From Bugula neritina (lineage: Eukaryota > Animalia > Bryozoa): a stretch of 64,000 nt of DNA. The stretch is from assembly GCA_964035545.1 (NCBI GenBank), contig OZ037772.1:12398818-12462817 (forward strand), in the 5' to 3' direction. A program made the position numbers and the translations under genes. The notes beneath the pieces were generated by a model. It was not told where the DNA came from. It worked only from the letters and a program-made list of their open reading frames with translations, and did no database searches. Position 1 is the first letter of the stretch, and the number at the start of each line of letters is the position of its first letter. Positions 16,704 through 31,700 of the stretch are shown here, piece after piece.

Positions 16704-19700
16704 ATGATGTCATCACGTGTTCACAGTAACATTCATGACATCCTCAACACCTCAGACCACCTGCTGGACCTGAGCAGTGACCATGAGTCCCTCACCCACC
16801 ACCCCTCCCTCATCTCAGCCTATGAATCCGAGTTACAGTTTGATGACAGCACCTACCACCACGAGACAGAGCCCTACAGGTCTCAGGTACGCTTAGCCTC
16901 TGCTCTATACCACGTAGGGCTGGGTTAGTTTATGGCCCTTGTTGCTGTAAGAATCCTAGGTTAGTACAAGTTGTGACTGAATTAATGTAGTTTGAGTTTC
17001 CTGTTCCTTTCCCTTTTGACATCCAGAAAGAGGCTCATGTGTATTTCTAGATGACTCTTGAGTTCCTTTTATTGCACTTCACTCAGGAAATCAGCCCCAA
17101 AGCATTAATAAACAGTGTGGGGAATGTTGTGCTGCACTTAGAAATATTACCATGTACTAGTATTTTCAGCACGTAGTAAACAATATCCACTAATAGCAAC
17201 ACTTTTATATTTAAAAATGTAATTTAATGTCAAGATATTAAGTTGAAATTATTTTGATTTCTAATATTTCGTTTGCTATAAAATAATTATATTGCTGAAC
17301 TGTTGTAAGTTAGAGAAATGTTTTAGTGCAGGGTGTGGTCTAAACTACTGACTGTCTGTTATAAGTTGAAAGAGAATATAATGTCACAGCTGTATCCCTT
17401 CCTTCCAGGTAGCAGATAGTGTAGACGGTACGAGTGGTACAGACAGGGGAGATAACAGTCACACTGACCTACCAGATGACATGCTGAATGCTACTATCCT
17501 CGCCAAGAAGGAGGACGGTGTGTTTTCCAGCTCCCCTGTGGCAGATGCCGGTATGTTTTATTAAGGGTGGGGGAGGGGGTCGCCCCTACAACTACAACAT
17601 TTTATCTCAGTCTATGATGAATGTTCTGTCACTAGCCTTAAGTGCATCTTACTAGTCTCTGTTTATGAAGATGAGAACAATGAAATTATTCTGCTTAAAT
17701 ATATTTCCTGTACAGAAATGCTATTAAAGTTGAAGCAGTCTGCGCTCTTGTAGTATTGAGATTATTTTGTCTGCTGCTGAGAAAGATTCCATATCTCTAT
17801 TTCACATTGATGTCTATGCTACTTCCAATGTGACTCTGGTTACAGACAGTGAAGAGGATGATGACAAGCCGAACCCTTACAGCTCCTACCAGCAGTTCCA
17901 CAGGGAGTTGTCCACTCATGGCGACCCTAAAGCTGCTCTACACGAGTTTGAGACTTTAGAACAGGGTGAGTGTTTATGTGTTGCCATAGTTACCGCAGGT
18001 AACGCTCACTAGAGCTCCAGCAACTGTTTAGGAGTTGCTTTCTTTCCTAGTGATTGTAAATTGTAAGTAATAATAAAATATTTATATTTTAAGCTGTATT
18101 TGCTTTTCAGTGTTATTTTGTTTCAACTTCTGTAGGATTACATGATTTAATACTTTCAGTAAAATAACTCATTTTCCATCAGTTTAAGTTTTACTCAACC
18201 TGCAAGTTATTGGTATATTTAGTATATTCAGTGACTTTAGAGCTGAAAATCTTGTAGCTCTAAATTTTCTAATACTTTTCCCTTTGACTTTTTGATTTTT
18301 TTTGTATTTAAAAATTTCCCAATAAGCATGTAGCCATTATCTAAGCTTTTCACTGACTTTTCAATTAGTAGTATCTTATGTTTGCAGTCAGTAGTATTAG
18401 TGTGAGTCAGTAGTGTTAGTGTGAGTCAGTAGTGTTAGTGTGAGTCAGTAGTGTTAGTGTGAGTCAGTAGTGTTAGTGTGAGTCAATGTTAGTCACTCTC
18501 AGTTGCTGACTAACATACATACTGTGTTGTAGACAATACTGACACTGCTACTCCAGGTATTGCTTATCAGTGATATTGATTTATTTCTATTAATTGAACT
18601 GTCTGAACCTCTGCATGGAAACATGACTTGCCCTAATTTCATGTACTCCAACTGTTCATAGAGTTGAGAAATATAATACAGTGTGGAATACAGGCTGTGC
18701 AGTGGTGTGTTGAGGAGTTGCCCTTCCCTTGACTTCATCATAACACCAGATTGTCTGTTGTGTAACAAAGCTTTTACATTTGAAGTTTTCTGCTTTTATT
18801 TATCTTAATTTATATGTCGTTTGTTTTTTTTTAACAAAACAAAATGCGTAATTTCGGCCATGAATTTATTTTCTGTTGCACAATCAAGCATTAGCTGATA
18901 GTTTGAAATATTAGCTCTACCCTTTCCTTATAAGCAGGACAGTAGCTCCGCCCTTTAATTTAAAGTTGAGACATTAGCTCCGCCCTCTAATTTAAATTTG
19001 AGACATTAGCTCCGCCCTTTAATTTAAAGTTGAGACATTAGCTCCGCCCTCTAATTTAAATTTGAGACATTAGCTCCGCCCTCTAATTTAAATTTGAGAC
19101 ATTAGCTCCGCCCTTTTCTTATATTTGAGACATTAGCTCTGCCCTTTTCTTATAGTTGAGACATTAGCTCCGCCCTTTCCTCATAAGTAGGACATTAGCC
19201 CGCCCTTTAAGTAGATTGACATCCAGAGGACATGTTTATACAGAGTAAACTCAGCGTACATCATACTGCATGCTGTTGTATTTCAGAACCAGACACTGTG
19301 TACCTCGGGGAATATGTTCATGACTTTGAACTGTATATGGGTACCTACATACAGTCTCCCTTGAGTCTGTACCTTTTCTAGATGTTGACTCACCTGCATA
19401 CACTTACCTGTATACTTACCTGTATATACTTACCTGCATACTTACCTGTGATATCTTTCTCAGCTTGTTTCCATTTACATTTCTTTTGTAACTGGTGCTG
19501 TCTACTATATAAGAGGAAATGCTGACCCTTTCAAATATTCTGTCCTTGTTTCATCTATTTCAGAGTTTCCTGCCTTCTTTCTAAAATGACTTTAACATAT
19601 TTTCTTAAACTTGTAACACATTTAAACAAAATATTAGCAGTGAAAAGTTTAAAAAATTAAACTTTCATGCTGCTGAAAAGTTTACGTTTTTTGCTATGCG

Positions 19701-22700
19701 TTTAATGTATGTATTAAAACTAGTAGATTTATTTGAATGGCTTAAATTCGTATTATTTTTCAATTCAAAACTAATCTGTTGTAAGGTTTCTTATGTTTGA
19801 GTACGCACTAAGTCGGTAGAAGGGAGTTTAATTAACAGAACTTTCTTAGCTTAATACAATGAAATAAATCTCACAATATAATTAAGAGGCATTAATTATT
19901 CTATGTCACCATAGCTAATGGAGTTATGCAATATTTTATTCTTTTCATGTTATCTTGGAAACCATTTTTCCAATAAATATATTTATTAGTTTTATAAACA
20001 CAACCTTTCATATATCATATAAAGTGTACACAACTGTCTAAAATTTAGTAAGTAATTATCTTCTGGAAAAAATATACAATATTAGTTACTTTTTATCATT
20101 TTACCCAAAAGTCCAGAATTTAAGTCAGCTTTCTCGTGCCTCATTGACTACACCCAGCACTGTCCCTATAGCTGTGCTTACACTAGGTCCCTAATGTCAT
20201 TCACCATGAGATTCTAAACTAAGTCAATGAGATTCAAATCGATTGTTCAACTAGCAGGTCACACTTTAGTGCGGCTAATTTTATTTAAATACTGTTGACT
20301 CTGAGAGTACAGTCAGTGTTCGCCTCTCCTTTGTTTCCCATTCTAAGAAGTAATCACCGCTGCCAATATCGTGCTCTCTCTCAGTTTATCTGCTGCCGTT
20401 AGCTGCTGCTGTCAGCGTTCTCTCCTCTTCTCTAGTCGTCTTCTGCTTCACCATGTCGTACTTTGATCCTCAGTACAGCTTCTTATACGTAAACACTTTC
20501 TGTGACGGTAAATGTGTACTATCTGTGCAGTCTCACTCTGGACTAACTGATACTATTTGACTAAGTACTACTAGTTAACAGTAACTGGTTGACTACTAGT
20601 CAACAGTAACTAGTTGACTACTAGTTAACAGTAACTGGTTCAGTACTGATCAGAATGTAACAACTAAAAGCATTTAACTAACATTGCTTTATATGTATCG
20701 AGAAAATCTCATCTGCAAAAATTTTTCAATATTTTTCTTATTTTAAACTTTTCTTGATATAAATGTGATACTTCTATACCATTTATGGAATATATTGTTA
20801 ACCAACCTTGACTTTCATATATACAGTTTAGTTTGTTTGTAACTCTTTGAAGAGTAATCACACACTCTTGTCTCCTGCAGAGATGGGCCTGGCCGCCTCG
20901 GCACAAACAGTGGCGCCCCCTAGTGAGCACAGATCACGTAAAGATCATTGGGTAGACAACTCCGTCAGTGATGTCTCCAGTATTTCTAAACAAGGTACGT
21001 TTAATGGAGCAGTAGATCTCAAGCTGATACTAACTGCAGGTCTAGTTATCAACTTCTGGTAGTCTATCAGTTATAAACTTTCTTTAGTAGCAAATCTTTA
21101 ATTTGAAAATAATTAAACATTATTCTGTATTTCTATATATATCATTAGAGAGAGTTATATAGAGTGAAGGTATATATGGAGTATTATATGTGTCACGATA
21201 TAACTAACTTCTAGATCTGAAAAGGCTATGTGTTAACATATTAAGACTTGTTATCTACAGGGAAGTCATCTCCCAGCAGGATTTTTAAGGCTAACACCAG
21301 CCCTATCAGAAGTCAACCTTCGACCCCCAACAGTCAGAGGTCAAGGACGCCCTCGGGAATTCCCACTCTGAGAAAGAGCAAGTCGCAGAGTTTAACCAGA
21401 GAGAGGTAAACTCCTCGTAATACTGGAGTTTTCTTCTTTAATATGAAATAATTTCCTTTAATATTTAATCCTTTTAGTATAGAATTTCTCTGGAGTCGTT
21501 GTCTCCTCATAATCTGATACTTCAACCTGGAATTTCTTTAGTTTAGTTTAAACTAATTTATCAGAGAGTAATTTAGTCCGTGCTGCATGCATATGTCATT
21601 TCCTGTCAATTGTACAACTACCTCGTGTACGGCTGCAATATTGAAGTATTGTAAACGTGTTCAGATCAGTTGGAAGGTTGCCAAGTCCGAGATTCGTCAG
21701 GCCATACACTGTGGCAGTAGTGTGAGTATGTGTAAGCCTAGTGCTGCTGCACCACTCTGTTGCTATTGGTTACCACGGCTACTGGCACTTCCTTCCCTCA
21801 GTTGACACATTATTGTTTATAATAAGTGGCAGTATAAGTCTTAGCCTTTTATCTTCTGTTCTGTATATGCTTTCATGTGGCAGTGTCATACGTGTATAAC
21901 ATATTCCACTAGAAGGTGCGTGTCATTGAGATATTATACAGTTGTTAGTCTTATATATCTGTGTTTATGGTACTGAACTATGTAGTATGTTATATAATAT
22001 AGCGTCATTAATGTTCTGTTGGAAAAATCTCACCAATACAAGTATTGGGGTCACTAAACTTTATAGCGATGTCATCATTATGTGCTCTGATGTCACTAAA
22101 ATATGCTGTGATGTCACTAAAGTATGCTGTGATGTCACTACTTCTTAAACAGTTTTGTGTTGAGATGAGTTGCTGAGTTGAGTGTATCTTTAATGTCTCT
22201 CATTGTGTAAATATGCAAGGGGGGAAACTCCCGAGGATCATACACCTCAAGTGCAGCTCAACGAGCATAACCTGCTCTGTACATTGCTAGACTATGATAT
22301 TTTATAACCCATTGATGTCTAAAGTTGTATTTACTAGATCTCCATCAGCCACACGGAGGGTTTTAGCTGGAGGAGAGGAGAGATCAGGGAGAAGGTCTGC
22401 GTCTGCTGACACCAAAGGTTCACCTCATGTTTCGGGAATTCCTTCTCCCAGGTACAGGTGTTCACTGTAAATTTTTATAACTTGGGCCAGCTTTTGATAC
22501 TGAAGACTCTGAAGCTCATGATAGCAGTTTCAATGCATATATTAGTTATATAAGCTGTTAATTTATCCTTAAAATCATTCTCACAAGCACAATAATATAT
22601 TCATCAAAGAAATTATTTAAAAAAAATTAAATCTAAAATTTTCCAATATTAAAAAGTAGTAGCATCTTGTCAGTAAGGCCACAGCTATGACTGATTCAGT

Positions 22701-25700
22701 GATATTTAATTTTTGTTTTGCAGCTTTAGCAAGAGTCCCAGTGACCTTAGAACTAAACGTCGCGTCCTCTCAGGGTCCATGATACCAAGGTCACGACCTA
22801 TGACCCCATCGTCCTCACAGAGGTCACTTGATAAACCGAGTTCACCGGAAGTGAGGTCAGAGTTTTCAGAGAATGACTCATCCAGATCAGCAGCCAACTT
22901 GCCTCACAGGTGAAGATAACTCTCAGTAGTATAGTCACCTCTAAGTGAGGATAACTCTCAGTAGTATAGTCACCTTTAAGGGAGGATAACTCTCAATAGT
23001 ATAGTCATCTCTAAGTGAGGATAACTCTCAATAGTATAGTCATCTCTAAGGGAGGATAACTCTCAGTAGTATAGTCACCTCTAAGGGAAGATAACTCTCA
23101 ATAGTATAGTCATCTCTAAGTGAGGATAACTCTCAGTAGTAGAGTCACCTCTAAGGGAGGATAACTCTCAGTAGTATAATCACCTCTAAGTGAAGATAAC
23201 TCTCAGTAGTATGTCACCTTTAAGTGAGGATAACTCCCAGTAGTATAGTCACCTCTAAGGGAGGATAACTCTCAGTAGTATAGTCACCTTTACGAGAAGA
23301 CAACTCTATTTGCTGTAAATAACTAAACGCAGTGTTTATCTGCAGCATGTTTTATTTCTGCAGATCACAAGCAGCTGTTCCGTCCAGATCTTCAGTTGAG
23401 CCAAGAATGTTCCAGAATGGGTCCGGCAGGCCATCGAGTAAGACTAGAACCTAGTCTAAATGTCACACTAGAACCTAGTCTAAATGCCACACTAGAACCT
23501 AGTCTAAATGTCACACTAGAACCTAGTCTATTGCAAAGTCTTAGCAGTTGACATCTTCACAGTCATAGCCTTTGTTCTACCTCTCAGTTTCCTTTCTTAG
23601 GGCTGCCCAGCGCTCGTCCCTCTGTGACGTCTGCAACAGATTTGACTTCCCAAGACGAGCAGTCCCCCGACCTTGACCCCAGCAGTGAGGACGAGAGAGA
23701 CGGAGTGACAGGAAGTCCTCAGATTCAGATCAACGAGAACTACCCGAGCACTTTCCTCACTCAACCAAACAAGTGAGTCATTCATAGCCTAAGTTCTTCA
23801 ATGAGTTGTTAGATTATCTCTTACATTGTGTCGCTGACCTGAGGCTACTCTCTTACAGCTCTCTCAACATGAAGCTACCTCCTTCATCCGAGAACCAAAC
23901 AGCGTCTGCCGTGTTTGACACTCAGGACCAGATCACGTCTATGACTGATAGGACCGGTACTGACCCGTCACACTCTCCTTCACCTAAGTTCAAGTATGAC
24001 TATAATATAATATTATATTATATTATATTACGTATCTATGTCATGTGTTATATATAACATCTTGTATTATAAATGTATATACTGATATTGTAAGTATTAT
24101 GTACTATAATATTTAGTAGTATTTATAAAATAATATATGCTATTTAGCTATTATATACTATATTATACTATTATTATATGAAGTATGTTATATAAAATAT
24201 TTAAACAATTATTATATTTTGAGTGAATTTATTTCTTCAAGTGGTCTGCACATCATAGTATTTCTTTAGATTACATCATAGCCTGCGTATTCAGTTATAT
24301 AGCCTCAGCTCCAATGTGTTGAAATATATTAGACATGTGTTATGCTGTTAGGAACACGAAGCTCACTACTAAAACCACCCTGGACTACGAGGAGGTGGAG
24401 ACAACCAGGAAGGTTAGAAGAATCATAACCAAGTCTCCGCCCACTTCCTCCCGCACCAAAGAGTCATCACACACAAACAGGGGAGACAACTCTGAAGCAG
24501 ACAAACTGAAAAACCAAAGTAAAAGCCTTGCGAATGCCAGCAGATTGAGACAGGCCGGACGGGTCCTTGACCGAAGGGCCTTGAGTGAAGGTCGCAAAGG
24601 TTTGATAACTCCCAAATCTATAAGAATAATATTCCTATCACCAGTTTGGCAATGTCTAAAATATGAACAGCTTTTTGTATCCTCAGTTCATGCCTTTCAT
24701 TATATCTTGCTGATGAATATATTTGTTTTGGGTTCTAATAGCTTGTGTCAACACCTGTCAGCGTATGTCAACATGTGTCAACACGTGTCAACTCTTTACA
24801 ATGATTTCTATTCTCAGATTCACCCTCTCAGTTTGGAGAAGCGAAAGCTTTAAATGACGCCATCAGAATGTTGGAGGCTAAAGAGGCGGGAGACAATAAG
24901 TCTTCTACAGGTGAAGCCAGCATGTTTCTTTATCTCTTATCTTATTGGATAAGAATTATCATTCTTTCTTATCACTTCTCTTATTGGATAATCATTACTA
25001 TGTTACACTCTATTGGGTAGAGAAGAGTAGCTGGACGCCCACACTTCCTGAAGAAATGGGAGACAACTCTCGGCCCATGAGCTCTACGTGGACCTCATTG
25101 GCTGAGTATGACCAATCACGGGACAGCAAAGTTAAAACTGCATCTACTCGGTAAGATGGAAGTTATTTTTTATTTTATGTGGGTTTTTCGTTTCTCTTCT
25201 CAACTAATTTGTTAAAGTTAGTTTCTAATTGGTCATTATTCAAAAGGAGATATAATAAAATATTTCTTATAAAGTATAGTTTTATGTGAATCTTGAATGA
25301 CTTGAAATAGTAATATTAATAAGTGTCGTTAGGGCAAAACTAACATTGCCATTTGTTGTGCAGTTTGCTAAAATACCTTTTTATTTTTTTTGTTAAAATT
25401 AAAAGAAGATGGAGTAAACAATAAGTTCAGTATTTTTAATGAATATCTTTTATTTTACTGACTTGCATATTATTTGAAGTTATGTGCTCTCGCTTCACAC
25501 CTTTGAAAAGGCCGTGAAGCATGCAGTGCAATGGGTATTGTGTTTATATAATAGTCACGCTAGATCTGTTATCAGTAAACAAGGTCAACTATTGTTAACT
25601 ATGAGATGAGTTTATATAGGTCAAAAAGTCACTAACTTTATCGGCTTAGTAAGCAATTGCCCAGAGTCAACTCATCCAGAGTGGGTGGATACGCTAGTGC

Positions 25701-28700
25701 CGCTGTACATGACTAAGAATCTTGTGCTAAACTCAATACAATGTGGCTAAGTTATTGTTAGTGTCTATGAAAGCAATGGAATGATTAATTTCCAACTCAT
25801 CAAGTGCGACTGTGGAAGTAAAGTGAATGTCATTATGATTAACAAGTTATTTCGAGCTTACCTCATCTAGAAAAGGTAGTACTAATTGAGTCCAACTTAA
25901 ATTAGCGACTCATCAAGTGTAACTGTAAGGTAAAGTGAGTGTTATTGACATTATCATTATGAGCTAACCTCAGGCTCATATAAAAACTAAAAAGGTAGTA
26001 CTAGTACTACAGCATTAGTTCTACTGCTTCAACTAGTACCAGTTGAATCTAACTTAAATCAGCATAGCTGATGACTATAGGCATAACCATAATCATAGTG
26101 ATAACAATAATTCTATACAGTATACTTCATACTTGTACTTCTACTGACACTTCATACTTGAAGTTAATCTTGTAGTTATAGTTATTCTCTATAGTTATAA
26201 CTTCTACTTATAGTTCTACTAGATCTAATACATTAACATTATGATTATACATATACTCAGCTATACTATTAAATTAATGGCAACAAATTGATATATTTGA
26301 AACAATTGGTTGTCTTATTAATAAGTGTGAATATATATTATTATCTCTAATGTTGTGATTAAATTTATTCAACTGGTTTCACGCACAATGCTGTTGGTTA
26401 CAAGGGAAGTAGATGTGTGGTCAACTTGGGTTATAGTTGGTGGTTTGAAATGGGCTCGCTGTGTTTCACATCTCAACAACTAGATGTTCAGCATTTATTC
26501 TCACTCTCTCATATTTACTAGTATTTGAAACAAGTTGAAAACTATTGTTTGCTCTTTCCTGTTTCTCCGAGCATCTTCCGTAATGCGCTTCTTTCTTCAG
26601 CGAACTTTTGTAAAGAGATGGAAATGTTTTGAGCACTGAAACTTTTCTCCAAAGTTATTTGGGTTGTTGCAAGTTTTCTACCTCTCAGACACCTATAAGT
26701 CATGAAGTTCTACATGCCATTTAGCAGATCATTCTGTTAGTAAGTACATCTCACACACCCTATCAGCTGAAACATCAACTGCTGCAGTGACAAACATGGA
26801 ACTTTTTAACCATTTGCCAAAATTTGATAAGTGGTTTTCAATTGCTGTGTCTTCCAGTACACGGTATGCTGTAACTAGACTAACTACTGCACACACTGCG
26901 TTGTCAAACTGTTGCTGTTATATTAATACTGAGTATGTTTAATATATATCATTCATATAATGTCTCTACCAGCATCTGATGTGTTTGTCATACCATTACC
27001 TACTCAGCTAATGTAACTGACTCAGTATATCTGCTGCTTTATTTCCTTCTGCTGTATCAACTAACTGCTGACACATGATATACTATATACTATATACTAC
27101 ACTATATTATATGTATATACTATATACTACATTGTATTATATGTATATACTATATACTACACTACATTATATGTATATACTATATACTACACTATATTAT
27201 ATGTATATACTATATACTACACTATATTATATGTGTATACTATATACTACACTATATTATATGTATATACTATATACTACACTATATTATATGTATATAT
27301 TATATACTACACTATATTATATGTATATACTATATACTACACTATATTATATGTATATACTATATACTACACTACATTATATGTATATACTATATACTAC
27401 ACTATATTATATGTATATACTATATACTACACTATATTATATGTATATACTATATACTGCACTATATTATATGTATATACTATATACTACACTATATGTA
27501 TATACTATATACTATATACTACACTATATTATATGTATATACTATATACTACACTATATTATATGTATATACTATATACTACACTATGTTGGTGGTAGAC
27601 ATTTGTAACCTTGAAATAATCATCAGTTCTGCTGTTGAATCGTGTCATCTGGTTGAGGGGGGGGGGGGAGAGGGCCCCCACATGCCTACCTCAATTTGTT
27701 ACTAAGTCATAATTACTAGAAGTCAGAGTATTTGTTTATACAAGACAAAGGAACACGTAATGCGAGGTGGTATCAATTAGTGCTATGTTCTTGTGTATCT
27801 CCAGAGCTGCCTGTCTCTACACACTACTATCCCTCCAGCTGACTTAACTCATAGTGTCTAGCTATACTCTCCTCCCCCTCCTTGTAATTAGACATGTTCG
27901 GCTATGAGTATGTGTTGTGTGTCTGGGTGGCAAATTGAAATTTCAAAATAAAACGGGAGCTAAGAACGTATGTTCACAAATCTGCCTGTAGTGTTTACTG
28001 TAGTGTTTACCGTGGTGAATACTGTAGTTGTTACTGTAGTTGTTACTGTAGTGGTTACTGTAGTGGTTACTGTAGTGGTTATTGAGGTAGCTACATTGTT
28101 TCAGTATAGTCCCTTCTCTTTTCTGTGAAAAGTGCCCACCCAGAGTTTTCTTATCTCACGAATTGCTACCCCTCTCTACTCTATATACCTATACTGTAAC
28201 AGTTAGTCCACATCTGGGGATATGGAGAATGGTATTTACTCCGTAAGCAGTTTAAAATACTTCAACTTCCTGATAAGATATTAAAGATATCTGTTATCTA
28301 CCGAAGCTCTCACTCTCTGTATTAGCTGTGTATTAGCTGTGTATTGGCTGTGGGGAGTATGGACTGTGTATTGGCTGTGGGGAGTATGGATTGAGTATTC
28401 CTAATATTTGCAGATTTAATCAAATTGATTTATACTATTTGACGTGTAACTTACATTTGAAGGGTGTTACTGCAAGGATATGCAAATATCACCTCACATT
28501 CCTCTGACAGTGGGAGGTGGTGTGTTGTACTGGCTGTAGCTTATCCCAACTACCTAATTGAATTGACTCTATTATCTAGTTAGATGTGATACTGTAACAC
28601 TGTGTGTGTCTCTACCCTGGTGATGTGTTACTGTGTGGGGAAGTCATGTGTATGCTCTGAAAATAGTAGCAGCAGCAGTAATAGTAGTAGCAGCAGTGGT

Positions 28701-31700
28701 ATTAGTAAAAATAGTAGTAGTAGCAGTACTACTAGTAGTAGTAGCAGTACTACTACTACTAGTAGTAGTAGTACTAGTAGTAGTAGGAGCAGTAGCAGTA
28801 GTAGTAGTACTACAGTAGTACTAGTAGTAATAGTAATAGTAGTGGTAATATAAGTAGTAATGTTGTACTATTACTACCAGTAGGAGTAGCAAGAATTTAG
28901 TTGAGCTGACTTCCTGTCAGCGGTTGAACAATGCAACTGTAAACTCTTTTGTCATAAATCACTTGAGTGCTGCCAATGCTGCCTATCCCTCTATTGTCGG
29001 CAGCAAGGAATGTAGAACATAATTGGGGTCTTTGAGTTGGTTGGTGGTTAGTAGCTGTTTGATATCCAAACTGGAAACAGGTGGTCATGTCTCGGGTTTT
29101 GTGTAGAAAGAGAGTTCGGATAGTCGTGTAAGTTAATCTATCAGGAGTTATGCTCCCTCAGCTCTAACTCCTACTGTTTTTGTCAGTTATTGTATATTTC
29201 TTTATCTTAATTTATAGTTTTGCTAGTACTGGTTTGATAGTACACTGCCTATCTCCTGTGTTGTATTGTTTGAGTATCAATCAGTTGACTCAATCCTCTC
29301 CCCTACCCACTATTCTCTGCTGTACCAGGTACTGCAGTCAGCTGGGGCACAGAGCATTTCCTAGAAGTGAGGCTATGATTAGCTACTAACTACCACACAC
29401 AGCTACTAACTACCACACACAGCTACTAACTACCACACACAGCTACTAACTACCACACACAGCTACTAACTACCACACACAGCTACTAACTACCACACAC
29501 AGCTACTAACTACCACACACAGCTACTAACTACCACACACAGCTACTAACTACCACACACAGCTACTAACTATCACACACAGCTACTAACTACCACACGC
29601 AGCTACTAACTACCACACGCAGCTACTAACTACCACACACAGCTACTAACTACCACACACAGCTACTAACTACCACACACAGCTACTAACTACCACACAC
29701 AGCTACTAACTACCACACACAGCTACTAACTACCACACACAGCTACTAACTACCACACACAGCTACTAACTATCACACACAGCTACTAACTACCACACGC
29801 AGCTACTAACTACCACACGCAGCTACTAACTACCACACACAGCTACTAACTACCACACACAGCTACTAACTACCCGTACAACTAAGGTGTTGTTTTCAGT
29901 TAGTAGCCATTAATCACTCATTAATCTTGAGTTATGCTAATAATCCACTTTCCTTGGGATTAACTGCTCAGTTATAGTTATAGTTGATTTCCTCAGCATT
30001 GAATGTATGTTGAGGTAAGAGATGTATCAGACAGGTGTGAAGCAGGTGTCACACAGGTGTCACACAGGTCCTTGTTTAAGGAGCCTGTGTTCTAGACTAA
30101 ATATTATGTCACAGGGAGTTATATTCTCATGAGACTTCAAACTAAAACTGGTATGAATATAGTTGATGATCTGAGCTTAGTAAAGTGACTGCTGCAGGTT
30201 GATTTTTCAGTTTTACTCATATTTCGTTAAAATATTTAAGTATTATTTTAATGCTTCACAGAAAGTCTAAGTAAGAGGAAGTGTAGCCTTTCTTTTTTTA
30301 GTTTAGTATTGTAACATGTTGTATAGTACACTACCACCTTACACACCTGTATACCAGGTGCTGTAGATGTACTAAACATTAACATGTACTTTATCTCCAT
30401 GTATTAGCTTGGTCAGAGCTGGAGGTTTACTCTTAAATAGTCTTAGTTCTGGGTGAACATGAAAAGTTGTGAATCAGTGGACTAAGCAGTTACACCCCCT
30501 TACTACAGTGCCCTGGAACCTCTGGCTAATCTAATGGTTGCTACAGACTTGTCTCACTTTTCCTTCTGACAAAAAATAAATGTTAACTTATGAAGTTGGA
30601 AATAACTTTGTGTCATGTGATGTAGTTTATCTCATAAATTCTAAATATTTGTCACGTAACTCATGTCTCCACATGATTGGCCTGTTGGGCATTGATAGCC
30701 GTGGGTCCTTGCACTCACAATGCCTGCATTGCGAGTCTCTCACATCCCCCTCCTCCCTAAGTAATTGTTTTCAAGATGTGGTAGTTGTTTATGATTGATT
30801 TATCTTGTAATATATTGGAATTATTATGTAGTAAGTAGTAATAGTAATATATATATAATACACTAATAGTTTTTCCACTTACAACATTCTAGCAAAGTAA
30901 TACTATGTAATACTTCTAGTCAACTATAAACAAGTAATTTCACCCTCACCTGCTCTGTTCCTGAATCAACTTTGTATCTTCATATTTTTGTAGCATGTGG
31001 TCTTTATTTTACAGATCAGGTGACGTGGACACAGAAAGAAGTCTTGAAAAGGTAAAAGTGGATTCGTGTAACAGTTGTTACTTTTTAAATCTTTATTCTC
31101 TCTATTCATTGTGCACATCTTTGTCTGTCAGTGTATATCTTAGCTTTGCTACTGTAGAGTCACACACAAGAGGAAGCTATGCCGAGAACAAATCACACAC
31201 ACTTGCCCGGGGCAGTAAACCACGCCCACTACGCTCTACCGACCACATCCTATCTCTACAAGTAAGTATCTATGTCTAGTGTAAGTCTCTACGTCTAGTG
31301 TAAGTCTCTACGTCTAGTGTAAGTCTCTACGTCTAGTGTAAGTCTCTACGTCTAGTGTAAGTATCTGTCTAGTGTAAGTCTCTACGTCTAGTGTAAGTCT
31401 CTACGTCTAGTGTAAGTCTCTACGTCTAGTGTAAGTCTCTACGTCTAGTGTAAGTATCTGTCTAGTGTAAGTCTCTACGTCTAGTGTAAGTATCTATGTC
31501 TAGTGTAAGTATCTACTGTAAGAAACTTCTAGAGAAATTGCTTAGAGTTATTGTCTACTTTTACGTGAATTAGAAAAAAATAGTTTTATTTATAAGCTTA
31601 CATGACTTGGATTTAATTATATCCATTTTATCTTATTTTGATTGCCACTTGGATAATTACTGTTTTTCTTTTAATGGAGTATGATTCGTGATGTCATTTT

